Below are positions 9,522 through 19,596 of a stretch of 64,000 nt of DNA, piece by piece. Position 1 is the stretch's first letter. Each line of letters opens with the position of its first letter. The stretch spans positions 47,657 through 111,656 of the forward strand of contig JAJDEO010000030.1 of NCBI GenBank assembly GCA_029259745.1, read 5' to 3'. A model generated the notes under the pieces. It searched no databases and was not told the DNA's origin. It saw only the letters and a list, made by a program, of their open reading frames with translations. A program made the translations under genes and the position numbers. The DNA comes from Planctomycetota bacterium (lineage in GTDB: Bacteria; Planctomycetota; B15-G4).

Positions 9522-12500
9522 TCAGCCGTCGCGCTTCGGGAAGCGCAGGTCCGACTCCGGCGGGATGTACTTCGGCGGTTCGGGCTTCGTGACGACCTCG
9601 GGCTGTGCGGCGTCGACCTGCTCGCTCTCCGACGAATGGCGGTCGCCGGTCTTGGCCGACGCCATCGGTTCGGACGTCTGCAGGAACGTGTCGAAGACCG
9701 ACGGTGTCGACGGCGCAGCGGAGTCGGACGAAACGAACGGCGCGGCGACGGCGGGCACGGGCGGGGCGAAGGGGTCGCGCCCGTCGAGCATCATGCGCAC
9801 GAACTGCGCGTCGGCAGAGTGCTCGCCGTACCACTGCACGAGTCGATCCTCGACCGGCGTGAGCACGTCGTAGGCATCGTGGCCGCTGCGGTGCAGCGCG
9901 ATACCGACGCGCGCCATGACGTAGACGGCGTCGGGCGAGAGGACGGCGCCGCGGTCGAGCATGTCATCGAGCGCAACACGGGCATCGAGTGGACGGCGGG
10001 CAGCGAGCAGCGACACACACCGCAGACGGCCGGCGAGCTTGGCGTCCTTGCTCGACGACGGGTTCTCGGCGACGACGCGTTCGAAGACCGTGCGCGCCGC
10101 TCCGTCGCAACCGGCGTCGAGCCAGCGCACGGCTCGCAGCAGACGCTCGGCCGGATCGTCGAAGATGTCGTCGAGCAGCGCGACTTTCCCGTCGTCCGTC
10201 ATCGGTGAGAGCGAGCGCGAGATGCGCTGGGCATCGGCCTTCCACGACCAGATCGTCGGCGAGACGCCCGCGTGCTCCTCCACCATCGCGAAGTACATGC
10301 GCGCAGCATCCAACTCGCCGCGCAACAAGCTCCGCGACGCCATGACGTGTGCAGCACGCGCCGCGAGCGACGGAAGCTCCGACGCAAGCGCAGCATGGAT
10401 GATGCTCCGCGCCTCCGAAGCTCCACCGGGTGACGACCCGGGCGACAAACGCACCATGGCCCAGGTCAGCCGCGCGTGTTCGAGTTGCTCATCACCTTCG
10501 GGCAACTCGGCCGCGAAGAGATGGTCGCAGAGAACGTCCGCATCTTCGACGCGGCCAACTCGCAGGTAGAGGTCGGGGACGATCCACATGTCCGGCAGGT
10601 AGGCCCCATCGAGCACAGCGAGCGCCGCGCGCGCTTCAAGCCAGGGCCCGACGATCTCGACATCGGGCAGGTCGGCGACGGTGACCACGGTCGGCGGTAC
10701 GGCGCCGACGACGATGGCTGCCTCGAATGCCGCTTCCCAGTCGGTGTTCTCGATGCGTCCCGCGCGTGCCGGAATCTCGAGCCCGTCGGTCAGACGCGCT
10801 GCGGCCTGTCGCGCCGCATCACCGAGTTCGGGCAGTGCCTGCGTCACGACGGGATCGCTGATGCGTGACCAGGGATCGATCGATGCCAGCGTGCGTCGAG
10901 GCGAGAAGACCGACTCGACGACGACGCCCGTCGCGGACGGATCACGATCGAGGTGCGCACCGCGCAGGACGGTTGCGGCGGCCATCAGGTGGCTGCTGCG
11001 TTCGGCGCGCGTGAGCGGGCGCGGCGCCTCTTCGATGACGGGCGGCTCGGGCGTCGGCTCGGCAACGGCAACGGCGTCGACGGCCGTCGGCGTCTCGTCG
11101 GCGGGTGCATCGTCCCACGGGTCATCGCCCCACGGGTCGTCACCCCATCCGTCGTCGTCCCACGCGTCGTCGTCACCCTCGTCCGATGCAGCGAAGATCG
11201 GTTCCGACTCCGTCACGACTTCCGAGACGGACTCGGTGTCAGAGCCGGGCGCGACGACGTCCTCGGTGACTTCGGCGATCGCCGGCTCGGTCTCCCACGG
11301 CGAGTTCGGGATGTCGCTCGCGATGTCCTGTGCGTCGACAACCAGCGTCTCGTCCGTGCCGTCGGTGAACTCCGCGACTTCTGCGACCTCAGCGAGCGTC
11401 GGGTCGAGCGTCGGCGTGGTCGCCTCTTCGGAACTCGCGGCAACCTCCATCGCGGGCTCGGACTCGGACTCGCTGTCGAGCTCGCTGTCGAGAACTGCGA
11501 CCGCGTCGTTCTCGTCGTCGGCACGTGCAAGCTCGATCGGCTCGACTCTGGGCTCCTTTTCGACGACGGGTGCGACCTGTTCGGCGACAGGGTCGGCAAC
11601 AGCGACGAGATCTTCGGGATCGATGATCTCGTCACTCCACGCCGCGTCGACGACGTTCGGCTTCTCGACGACCGGCTTCGACTCGAGCGCGACGGGCGTG
11701 GTCACGAGCACGGGCGTGGTTTCGAGCACGTGCGCCGTCTGCTCCGTCGCGATCACCGTTTCACCCGAGTCGGCGGACAGCTCGGGCTCGTCGTACGCGA
11801 GCTGCTCGGGTTCGGTTTCGATCTCCGGCGTGGCCAGCGGCGCGTCGTTCGTCGGGACGACCGCAACCTCGACCGGGGCCGGCGCTGGGGCCGGCGCTGC
11901 CGGTTCGACCACGGGCAACGCCCGCGGCGGAAGCTCCTCGTCGAGCTCGCCGGTCGCGACCTCGGGTGTGTTGTCGGTGACGCGCCGAACGAGCTCCGCC
12001 GAGCCTGCACCGTTGTCGTCGTCGCTCGTCATCCAGGCACCGGCGAGCGTCAGCACCAGGGCGCCGGCAACCGAACCGAGGACCACCCGCGGATGGTCCA
12101 TGGCCCAGCCGAGCGCTTCCTTCGTCGGAGAGGGAGCACGAGCGCTGACAGGCTCGCCGTCGAGGAAGCGGTAGAGGTCGGCGACGAAGGCCTCGATCGA
12201 GGCGTAGCGTTCCTCGGCGCGGCATGACATCGCCTGGGCGACGATGCGCGAGAGGGGCTTGGGGATCCAAGGTTCGAGCGTGGCAGCCGTCGCAGCGTCC
12301 CCGCGCAGGATCGCACGGCGCAGTGCCTCGCGCCCGTTGGCGGCGTAGGGCGCGCGCAGGGTCAGCGCCTCGTACATCATGACGCCGAGGGAATAGAGGT
12401 CGGACGCTTCGTCGGCGTCGCGCTCCTCATCCTCGATGAGCTCGGGAGCGCAGGCACCGAGTCGCTCGCGGCGCAGACCACGCACGTCGTCGACGACGCT

Positions 12501-13019
12501 GGCAAGTCCGTAGCCACGAACGCGCACACGCTGCCCGTCGACGATGATGTTCTCGGCGCGCACGTCGCCGTGCGTGATGCCGAGCTCGTGACCGTGCTGG
12601 AGCGCCACGCCGATCTCGACGAACAACTCGGCGATCCGCTCGTCGTGGTCGTCCTCGACTTCGGCGCGCTCGACCCACGCGGCGATCAGTGCGTCCAGAC
12701 CGCAACCGGCGAACGACTCGTAGACGAGGAACGGGCGACCGTTGTCGACGCCCGCCTCGATCAGCGTCAGGATGTTCGGGTGACGCAGCGACGCGCCGGC
12801 ATGCGCGGCGCGCACGTCGCTCAGCGCCTCGAGCAGCAGTGCGCTCGTTTCGGAGTCGTCGCGCGGAGGCACCACTATCATGAACGCCTCGTCATCGCCC
12901 TCGACGCGGCGCACGCTCCACTCGTCACCCCACGTCGAGCTTCCCAGCTCATGCCCGAGTCGAAAGCTACCGATCGTGGCCTTGCCTTCCGAATCGTCGA
13001 CCGAGTCAACGTCGCGCAT
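9522..13019 (-). CDS. transmembrane Ser/Thr-kinase-like protein (predicted pseudokinase) with long acidic linker and helical-repeat C-terminal domain
   Basis: 1165 aa. The kinase fold is recognisable (HGDVRAENIIV, ACAPEL, DLYSLGVMMYE). The beta3 Lys position reads FMIVVP and the DFG position reads GYG. TM segment VVLGSVAGALVLTLAGAWM. About 300 aa are E/P/V/D/T-rich. Confidence 0.75.
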   Translation of the reverse strand: MRDVDSVDDSEGKATIGSFRLGHELGSSTWGDEWSVRRVEGDDEAFMIVVPPRDDSETSALLLEALSDVRAAHAGASLRHPNILTLIEAGVDNGRPFLVYESFAGCGLDALIAAWVERAEVEDDHDERIAELFVEIGVALQHGHELGITHGDVRAENIIVDGQRVRVRGYGLASVVDDVRGLRRERLGACAPELIEDEERDADEASDLYSLGVMMYEALTLRAPYAANGREALRRAILRGDAATAATLEPWIPKPLSRIVAQAMSCRAEERYASIEAFVADLYRFLDGEPVSARAPSPTKEALGWAMDHPRVVLGSVAGALVLTLAGAWMTSDDDNGAGSAELVRRVTDNTPEVATGELDEELPPRALPVVEPAAPAPAPAPVEVAVVPTNDAPLATPEIETEPEQLAYDEPELSADSGETVIATEQTAHVLETTPVLVTTPVALESKPVVEKPNVVDAAWSDEIIDPEDLVAVADPVAEQVAPVVEKEPRVEPIELARADDENDAVAVLDSELDSESESEPAMEVAASSEEATTPTLDPTLAEVAEVAEFTDGTDETLVVDAQDIASDIPNSPWETEPAIAEVTEDVVAPGSDTESVSEVVTESEPIFAASDEGDDDAWDDDGWGDDPWGDDPWDDAPADETPTAVDAVAVAEPTPEPPVIEEAPRPLTRAERSSHLMAAATVLRGAHLDRDPSATGVVVESVFSPRRTLASIDPWSRISDPVVTQALPELGDAARQAAARLTDGLEIPARAGRIENTDWEAAFEAAIVVGAVPPTVVTVADLPDVEIVGPWLEARAALAVLDGAYLPDMWIVPDLYLRVGRVEDADVLCDHLFAAELPEGDEQLEHARLTWAMVRLSPGSSPGGASEARSIIHAALASELPSLAARAAHVMASRSLLRGELDAARMYFAMVEEHAGVSPTIWSWKADAQRISRSLSPMTDDGKVALLDDIFDDPAERLLRAVRWLDAGCDGAARTVFERVVAENPSSSKDAKLAGRLRCVSLLAARRPLDARVALDDMLDRGAVLSPDAVYVMARVGIALHRSGHDAYDVLTPVEDRLVQWYGEHSADAQFVRMMLDGRDPFAPPVPAVAAPFVSSDSAAPSTPSVFDTFLQTSEPMASAKTGDRHSSESEQVDAAQPEVVTKPEPPKYIPPESDLRFPKRDG

Positions 13020-13193
13020 TTTCGTCCTCTCCGATCATGACCAGCGCTCCCGTAACGAGAAGAAGCGCCTGACGTCTATCGAACGCCGGAGGGGCTCAAC
13101 GCGAGGCAATCCCGAAGATCTCCGACTCGACGGGCGTCCAGAAGCCGGCGACGCCGTCAGCTCGCGTTGGCGCGGACATCGGTGCTGCGTCGC

Positions 13194-14240
13194 TCACTCG
13201 CGGTTCGCGTCCTCGGTCGGTGAGGTCGATGGAATCTGATGTTTCCAGCGGCGGGCCATGCGCACGAGCCGGCCCACCATGCTCGGTCGACGCGCCTGCA
13301 GCTGGGCACCGTCGACGGCTGCGAGCAGATCGTCGGCGAACGCCGCAAGGTCGGGGTAGCGATCGCGCGGGTCGGGCTCGAGCGCACGGTGGCAGACCTC
13401 GTCGAGCGGCGTTGCGCGGCTGAGGCGTCGTCGCTCGCGCACCAGGGCGGCGCTGGCTCGGGGCGCCCCACGCCCGCTGGCGAAGGGATGTCGACCCGCG
13501 AGGACGCAGTGGAGCAGCACGCCGAGCGAGAACTGGTCGGCATGCGGGCTGACGACCCACTCGCAGCGCTGCATCGCCAGGAACTGCTCGGGGCTGGCGT
13601 AGGGCGAGGCCGCGATGCGCTCGAGTTGGAAGTCCGGGACGACGAGCCCGTGCAGGCCCACGTCGGACACTTTCGGGAGGCCGTCGACGGTCACGAGGAC
13701 GTTGCCCGGGGACAGCGCGCCATGGGCGACGCCGACCTTGTGCGCGACATCGAGCGCCTCGGCGACCTTGGCGAAAACCACGGCGATGCGTCGATCGAGC
13801 AGCGCGCGGGACATCTCCGAGCTCTCGCGGAACACCTCGAAGACGGTCCGTTCACGCTCGATGAGCGCCTCGGCGATGGCAATCCAGTCGTCGTCCTCGC
13901 GCACGCCATAGAGCCGCACGAGTCCGGGATGCGGCACCCAGACCCCGCGCTCGAGATCCTTCTCGAGTGTCCGGCACGATTCGACCAGTGCGTGGTCGCG
14001 ACGCAGGATCTTCAGCGCGACACGCCGACCGAGCATCAGATCCGTGGCCTCCCACGCCGACCAAGCTTTGTCGGTGCGTTCGGCCGGCCGGAACTTCACG
14101 AGTCGGAAGTCGGCGAGGACGTCCCCGGCGAAGAACGGGGTGTCCACGGTGTTCATCGATGGATGGGTCATGGGTGACAGTCGGAAAACCGAGTTTTCGG
14201 CGCCCGCGGGGAACGAGTTGAGTGCCGCGGGAGCCGACAA
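13194..14240 (-). CDS. soluble Ser/Thr-kinase-like protein (predicted pseudokinase)
   Basis: VALKIL Lys is present. The catalytic loop reads VAHGALSPGNVLV (HRD Asp replaced by Ala). DFG reads DVG. There is no Gly-rich loop. DQFSLGVLLH and RDRYPDL are retained. The start is uncertain (14240, 14171 or 14156). Confidence 0.7.
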   Translation of the reverse strand: MSAPAALNSFPAGAENSVFRLSPMTHPSMNTVDTPFFAGDVLADFRLVKFRPAERTDKAWSAWEATDLMLGRRVALKILRRDHALVESCRTLEKDLERGVWVPHPGLVRLYGVREDDDWIAIAEALIERERTVFEVFRESSEMSRALLDRRIAVVFAKVAEALDVAHKVGVAHGALSPGNVLVTVDGLPKVSDVGLHGLVVPDFQLERIAASPYASPEQFLAMQRCEWVVSPHADQFSLGVLLHCVLAGRHPFASGRGAPRASAALVRERRRLSRATPLDEVCHRALEPDPRDRYPDLAAFADDLLAAVDGAQLQARRPSMVGRLVRMARRWKHQIPSTSPTEDANRE

Positions 14241-14368
14241 GGAGGGTTCGCGACACCGGGAATCCCACCCAACGTGACGCTCACGACCCGATTTCGGACG
14301 TCCTGTACACTTCCGACGCCGACCCCCGAATCCGCCCCTCGCCGCGATCCGCCCACGTGTCCACTCTC

Positions 14369-17029
14369 ATGCCCACCGCCCGTCGCGCCCTGACTGCGTC
14401 TTCCGCCCTCTTGCTGGCCTTGGTCGGCGCCTGCGGTGAATCGGTGTCCCTACCGGGCGACGGGTCGCTCATCCCCGTCGCGTCGCGGCTCGCCGACGTC
14501 CGTGGCGAAGAGACGCCGGGCCCGCGTGAGACCGAGCATGTCCTCGGCGAGGAGGCCGAGGAGGAGAACAAGGAGAAGCGCGACGCGTGGTTCGAGGAAC
14601 GCCACCGCGCGGCTCCCGACATCGACTGGCGCGCCATCGAACAGCAGAACGCCAACCGCCAGCGCCTCAAGCGCAACGGCCTGTCGATGTTCGCGGCCTC
14701 GGTCGACTCGAAGTGGACCGAGCGTGGCAGCGACAACGTCGCCGGCCGCATGCACGTCGCGGCCCCGGCGACGGACGGCGCGCACCTCTACGCGGGCAGC
14801 TCGCGCGGCGGGCTTTGGCGCGGCACGCTCGACGGCACGAACTGGCAGCCCCTCGCCGATCACCTCTTCGGCGGCGTGCACTGGCTGGCCGTCGTGCCCG
14901 GCGTCAACCCCGGAGGACCCGACGCGGTCGTCGTGACGACGGACGGCGGGTCGATCCACGTGAGCCACGATGACGGCGTGACGTGGCAGGTCCCGGCCGG
15001 ACTGCCCGCAACCGTCGGCGTGCGTCGCGCACTCGTACGTCCCGGCACGGACTCGATCTTCTTGATGGTCCAGTGGTGGGAAAGCGGACAGCTTCGCAAC
15101 GCGCTCTACCGCTCGACCGACCGCGGCTCGTCGTTCACGAAGTCGGTCGGCATGACGACGTACCGCGGCGACGTCTGGACCCCGCGCGACACGAGCGGCC
15201 CGCTGTACCTGCTGAAGAACGACACCATCCAGATCAGCAACGACGACGGCGTCTCGTGGTCGACGGTCGGCTCGACGGGCGTGTCGTCGAGCGGCGGGGA
15301 GCTGAGCGGATCCGAGGCCGGCGCCCCGCGTCTCTACGCGATCCTCGACGTCTCGGGAGCCAAGCGCCTCTACCGCAGTGACGACGCCGGCGCCTCGTTC
15401 GCCTACAAGCAAGACGTCTCCGACTACTGGGGATCGATGGCCGCCTCGGCCGTGAACGCCGACCTCTTCGCCTGGGGTGGCGTCGAAGTGCACCGCACGA
15501 CGACCGGCGGCAACTCGTTCTCGATCGTCAACAACTGGTGGGAGTACTACGGCCAGGAGGCCACGAAGCTGCACGCCGACGTCCCCGGCATCGACGTCGT
15601 CCCCGACGGCGCGGGCGGCGAGACCTGGTACATCTCGACCGACGGCGGACTCTTCCGCTCGCAGGACGGGCTGTCATCCGTCACGAACCTCTCGCTGAGC
15701 GGCCTGCGCGTCGGTCAGTACTACGGCACGCACACGTCGACCGCGAACCCCGACCACGTCCTCGCCGGCGCCCAAGACCAGGGCTACCAGCGTGCGGACC
15801 TCCCCGCGACCGACGCGCTCGACTTCGACCAGCTCATCAGCGGCGACTACGCACACCTGACGTCGAGCACGGGCGCGCACAACTGGGTCTACTCCGTTTA
15901 CCCGGGCTTCGTGCTCGTCCACAAGAACGAGAACAACCCGATCCTCTACCAGGTCGACTTCCCGGCGAATCAGACCATGGGGTGGCTGCCGATGGTGCAC
16001 GCCGACCCCGATGACGCGGAGCGCTGGTTTCTCTGCGCCGAGACGCTCTGGCGCTACCAGCGCAACTCGCCGTTCAACTCGTGGTCGATGCAGCAATGGT
16101 CGACGCACGACTTCAGCGGGAGCGGCAACAACTACATGAGCGCGATCGACTTCTCGCCGATCGACAGCCAGCGCGCCTATGCCGCGACGAACGACGGACG
16201 CCTCTTCTACTCGACAGACAAGGGCAAGACGTGGACGCAGTCGGTCACGAACGGTCCTGACGCACACTACTTCCACGGCACGGCGCTCGTCGCGAGCAAG
16301 CATGACGTCGACACGGTTTACGTGGGCGGCAGCGGCTACGGCTCGACGCCGGGTGTCTGGCGCAGCACGGACGGCGGTGTCGTCTTCGTGCCCTGGAGCA
16401 CGGGGCTTCCGCAGACACTCGTCTACGACCTGGCCGAAGCGTCCGACGGCAGCGGGGCGTTGTTCGCAGCCACTGAGACGGCCGCGTACATGCGCGTCGA
16501 CGACAGCTCGGCCTGGGTCGACATCACGCAGGACGACGCACCCGTCACGACGTACTGGAGCGTCGAGGCCGTCGACTCGGCCGACGTCATGCGCTTCGGC
16601 ACCTACGGTCGCGGCATCTGGGACTTCGCTCTCGACGACGAGTGCGCCTACGAGGCCATCGGCCTCGGCCTCGGCGGCGCCAACGTGATATCCCTCGACA
16701 CGGCGTCGTCGAGTTTCGTCGGCGGCCCACACGTCTTCGACGTCAGCAACGCTCCGCCGCTCACGCTGCCGACGCTGCTCGCGTCGACGGGAACGGGCTC
16801 GGCCCCGCTGCTCGGTGGCACGCTGCTCGTCGACCCCGTGAACCTCTTCATCGCTCCGTGGCCCATCGCCACCGATGCGCTCGGCAACCTGACGTTGACA
16901 CTGACGATCCCGAACGATCCGGTGCTCTACGGTATCGACGTCGCGTTCCAACTCGCCGCCTCGGACGCCGGACAGCCGAAAGGCTGGGCGTTCAGCAACG
17001 GTCTGTCGGCAACCTTCTGCGCGCCATGA
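14369..17029 (+). CDS. BNR/Asp-box repeat lipoprotein (sialidase/xyloglucanase-like beta-propeller)
   Basis: Start reset to MPTARRALTASSALLLALVGAC (lipobox). Multiple SxDxGxTW-type boxes: SHDDGVTWQ, SNDDGVSWS, STDKGKTWT, STDGGVVF, STDRGSSF. Confidence 0.8.
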   Translation: MPTARRALTASSALLLALVGACGESVSLPGDGSLIPVASRLADVRGEETPGPRETEHVLGEEAEEENKEKRDAWFEERHRAAPDIDWRAIEQQNANRQRLKRNGLSMFAASVDSKWTERGSDNVAGRMHVAAPATDGAHLYAGSSRGGLWRGTLDGTNWQPLADHLFGGVHWLAVVPGVNPGGPDAVVVTTDGGSIHVSHDDGVTWQVPAGLPATVGVRRALVRPGTDSIFLMVQWWESGQLRNALYRSTDRGSSFTKSVGMTTYRGDVWTPRDTSGPLYLLKNDTIQISNDDGVSWSTVGSTGVSSSGGELSGSEAGAPRLYAILDVSGAKRLYRSDDAGASFAYKQDVSDYWGSMAASAVNADLFAWGGVEVHRTTTGGNSFSIVNNWWEYYGQEATKLHADVPGIDVVPDGAGGETWYISTDGGLFRSQDGLSSVTNLSLSGLRVGQYYGTHTSTANPDHVLAGAQDQGYQRADLPATDALDFDQLISGDYAHLTSSTGAHNWVYSVYPGFVLVHKNENNPILYQVDFPANQTMGWLPMVHADPDDAERWFLCAETLWRYQRNSPFNSWSMQQWSTHDFSGSGNNYMSAIDFSPIDSQRAYAATNDGRLFYSTDKGKTWTQSVTNGPDAHYFHGTALVASKHDVDTVYVGGSGYGSTPGVWRSTDGGVVFVPWSTGLPQTLVYDLAEASDGSGALFAATETAAYMRVDDSSAWVDITQDDAPVTTYWSVEAVDSADVMRFGTYGRGIWDFALDDECAYEAIGLGLGGANVISLDTASSSFVGGPHVFDVSNAPPLTLPTLLASTGTGSAPLLGGTLLVDPVNLFIAPWPIATDALGNLTLTLTIPNDPVLYGIDVAFQLAASDAGQPKGWAFSNGLSATFCAP

Positions 17030-17083
17030 TCACGGCTCCACTGCGTCATCCGATCGCCGTGTTCGCAGCGTAGGATACGGCGC

Positions 17084-17902
17084 ATGACGTCCACCGATTC
17101 CGACACCGCGCCGAGTCCCGCCGGACCGGCGATCTCGTTGCGTGGCCTCGGCAAATCGTACGGGTCGAAGCGTGTCCTCGCGGACGTCGACCTCGACGTT
17201 CCGCGCGGCACGATCCTCGGCTACATCGGGCCCAACGGAGCCGGCAAGAGCACCACGGTCAAGATCCTCGTCGGGATGATCGCCGAGTTCGACGGTGAGG
17301 CGCGCGTGTGCGGTCACGACGTGCGCACCGAGAGTTCGGCGGTCAAGGCGCGCATCGGCTACGTGCCCGAGAACGCCGTGCTCTACGAGGCGTTGACGAT
17401 CGCCGAGACGTTGATGTTCATCGGGCGACTCCACTCACTGGACGACGAGCAGATCCGCCAGCGCGGTGAGGCGTATCTCGAAGCCTTTGAACTCATCGAC
17501 CGCCTCGACGAACGCGTCGGTGCGCTCTCGAAAGGCATGCGTCAGAAGGTGCTGGTGACGGCGGCGCTGCTCCACGAACCGGACGTCCTCTTCGTCGACG
17601 AGCCGCTCTCGGGGCTCGACGTCAACGCCTCGCTGCTCATGAAGGAACTGCTGCGCGCGCTGGCCGACGCGGGTCGCACGATCTTCTACTGCTCGCACGT
17701 GATGGACGTCGTCGAGCGCGTCTGCGACCGCATCGCGATCATCCACGACGGAGGCATCGCAGCCCAGGGCACGTACGCGGAGCTGTCGGAGCAAGTGCAC
17801 GGAGGGTCGCTCGAAGCCATCTTCGCCAACGTGACGAAGGGCGGCGGCGAACGCGAACGCGTCGCGGCGCTCCTGAGCCGGTTGGCCGACAAGACATCGT
17901 GA
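17084..17902 (+). CDS. ABC transporter ATP-binding protein
   Basis: Walker A GPNGAGKST, signature LSKGMRQK, Walker B LFVDEPLSGLD, H-loop CSHVM. Confidence 0.92.
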   Translation: MTSTDSDTAPSPAGPAISLRGLGKSYGSKRVLADVDLDVPRGTILGYIGPNGAGKSTTVKILVGMIAEFDGEARVCGHDVRTESSAVKARIGYVPENAVLYEALTIAETLMFIGRLHSLDDEQIRQRGEAYLEAFELIDRLDERVGALSKGMRQKVLVTAALLHEPDVLFVDEPLSGLDVNASLLMKELLRALADAGRTIFYCSHVMDVVERVCDRIAIIHDGGIAAQGTYAELSEQVHGGSLEAIFANVTKGGGERERVAALLSRLADKTS

Positions 17903-19596
17903 CACGTACGACGAAGTGGCGCTCGCGCAGCGACGGGTCGATGCTCACGCCCGTACTGCTGTGGCAGGTCAAGGTCATCCATCCGCTGCTTCGACGCGCC
18001 GGCGTCGACATCGCACAGTTCGAGACGATCCTGCGAACGAAACTCCTGCTCGACCAGCACGGCGGCCCGAAAGGCAGCCTGCCGATCTCCGGCGTCTACA
18101 CGCTCATGATGTCGGGCTTCTGGTTGTTCGGTCTGATGCTGGCCATCCCGACGATCTTCATCGCCAAGGGCTCGTGGGACCTCGAGCCGGCGCTCTGGCT
18201 CGGCGGCGTGCAGACGATCATGGCGGTGATGATCGCGTTCCCGTTGATCACGCAGTACGCCTCGCTGCTCGTCGACGCGACCGACATCCACATGATCAGC
18301 CCCACGCCCGTCAACAGCGCCACGCTCTTCGCCTCGCGCCTCGTGCATGCCGCGATCTACACCGGCGTGCTCGCGGCCTGTCTCGCCTTCGGCCCGCTCG
18401 TCGCAGGTGTGTTCGCGTATGCGTGGTGGGCCGTGCTGATCGTGTTTCCGCTGGCGACGCTACTCACGGTCATCCTTGTCGTCTCGATGATCGGAGCGTT
18501 CTACGGCGCGGCGTTGCGCATCTTCGGGCCGCGACACTTCGAGCGCATCACGCTGTGGATCCAGGTAGCTTTCATCTCGATGTCGATGGGCGGCGGACAC
18601 CTGCTGTTTCAGTCGTCGGCGATGAAGGGCGCCGTGCAAGCCCTGATCGAGGACCCGGCGAAACTCATCTGGATCCCGACGATGCACGTCGGCGCGCTGC
18701 TCGAGGTGCTCAGCGGCTTCGAACCCACGCGCGAGCGTCTCGTCTGGAGCGCGCTGGCGCTGGCGCTCCCGGCCTTCGCCGTCTGGCTCTCGGTCAAGCT
18801 CGCGTCACGACATTTCATCGACGGCCTCACGGGCCACCAGGTGTCGACGCGCCGAGGCCGCGGCTGGCGAGGCAGCGGACACTCGTGGATGAGTCGCACG
18901 GCGAGCACGCGGCTCGAGGCCGCGGCGATGCCGCTCACGTGGTCGATGATTCGACACGACAAGCTCCTCGTCCGAGCCATCTGGCCGACGACGCTCGGCA
19001 TGCTCGTGCTCGGGCTGGCCGTTCCGATGTCGATGGCCGACGCTGCCGAGACGTTCGACCTCGCGCCGAAGTGGTTCGCCGTCACGATCTTCCTCGCGGC
19101 CATCGCAGACGTCGCTGCTGTCGACATGCTGCGCATCACGCAGAACGGCGCTGCAGCGTGGATCTACGCGGGCGTCGCGCACGCGGAGCAACACGACATC
19201 TTCCGGGGCGCATACAAAGCCGCGCTGTTCGGTGCCCTCCTGCCGGCGAAAATCGTGATCGTCGGCGGACTCGCCCTGGTGGTCGGTCCGAGCGTCATCG
19301 CTCCCGCCATCCTCGCAACCATGATGACGATGGCTCTGACCTTCCGAAGCCTGCACGCCCTCAAGGCCCACCTCCCCTTCACCTTGACGCCCACATCCCA
19401 GGTGAATCAGGACCTTTCGAACCTCGGTCCATATCTCCTGGCCATGGCGGGGCAGGCCGCGCTCGCACTCGTCTTTGCTGCGTTGATCTGGCATCCCGTC
19501 GGTCTGGTCGTCGGCTTCCTCGTGACCACGCCGCTGCTGATTCGCGCGTTTCGAAAGCTCGTCGATCTCGAGGTCGAAGCGCTCACGTTCGAGTGA
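17899..19596 (+). CDS. polytopic membrane protein, putative ABC-exporter permease partner
   Basis: GTGA overlap with the ABC ATPase stop. About 12 hydrophobic segments. The overlapping 17916..19613 frame is Arg/Pro-rich junk. Confidence 0.6.
   Translation: MTRTTKWRSRSDGSMLTPVLLWQVKVIHPLLRRAGVDIAQFETILRTKLLLDQHGGPKGSLPISGVYTLMMSGFWLFGLMLAIPTIFIAKGSWDLEPALWLGGVQTIMAVMIAFPLITQYASLLVDATDIHMISPTPVNSATLFASRLVHAAIYTGVLAACLAFGPLVAGVFAYAWWAVLIVFPLATLLTVILVVSMIGAFYGAALRIFGPRHFERITLWIQVAFISMSMGGGHLLFQSSAMKGAVQALIEDPAKLIWIPTMHVGALLEVLSGFEPTRERLVWSALALALPAFAVWLSVKLASRHFIDGLTGHQVSTRRGRGWRGSGHSWMSRTASTRLEAAAMPLTWSMIRHDKLLVRAIWPTTLGMLVLGLAVPMSMADAAETFDLAPKWFAVTIFLAAIADVAAVDMLRITQNGAAAWIYAGVAHAEQHDIFRGAYKAALFGALLPAKIVIVGGLALVVGPSVIAPAILATMMTMALTFRSLHALKAHLPFTLTPTSQVNQDLSNLGPYLLAMAGQAALALVFAALIWHPVGLVVGFLVTTPLLIRAFRKLVDLEVEALTFE

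Noticed and set aside
11000-11700. Repetitive-looking DNA that might suggest a CRISPR or tandem-repeat array.
   Set aside because: There is no regular repeat-spacer periodicity. It is the coding sequence of the acidic low-complexity linker of the kinase-like protein.
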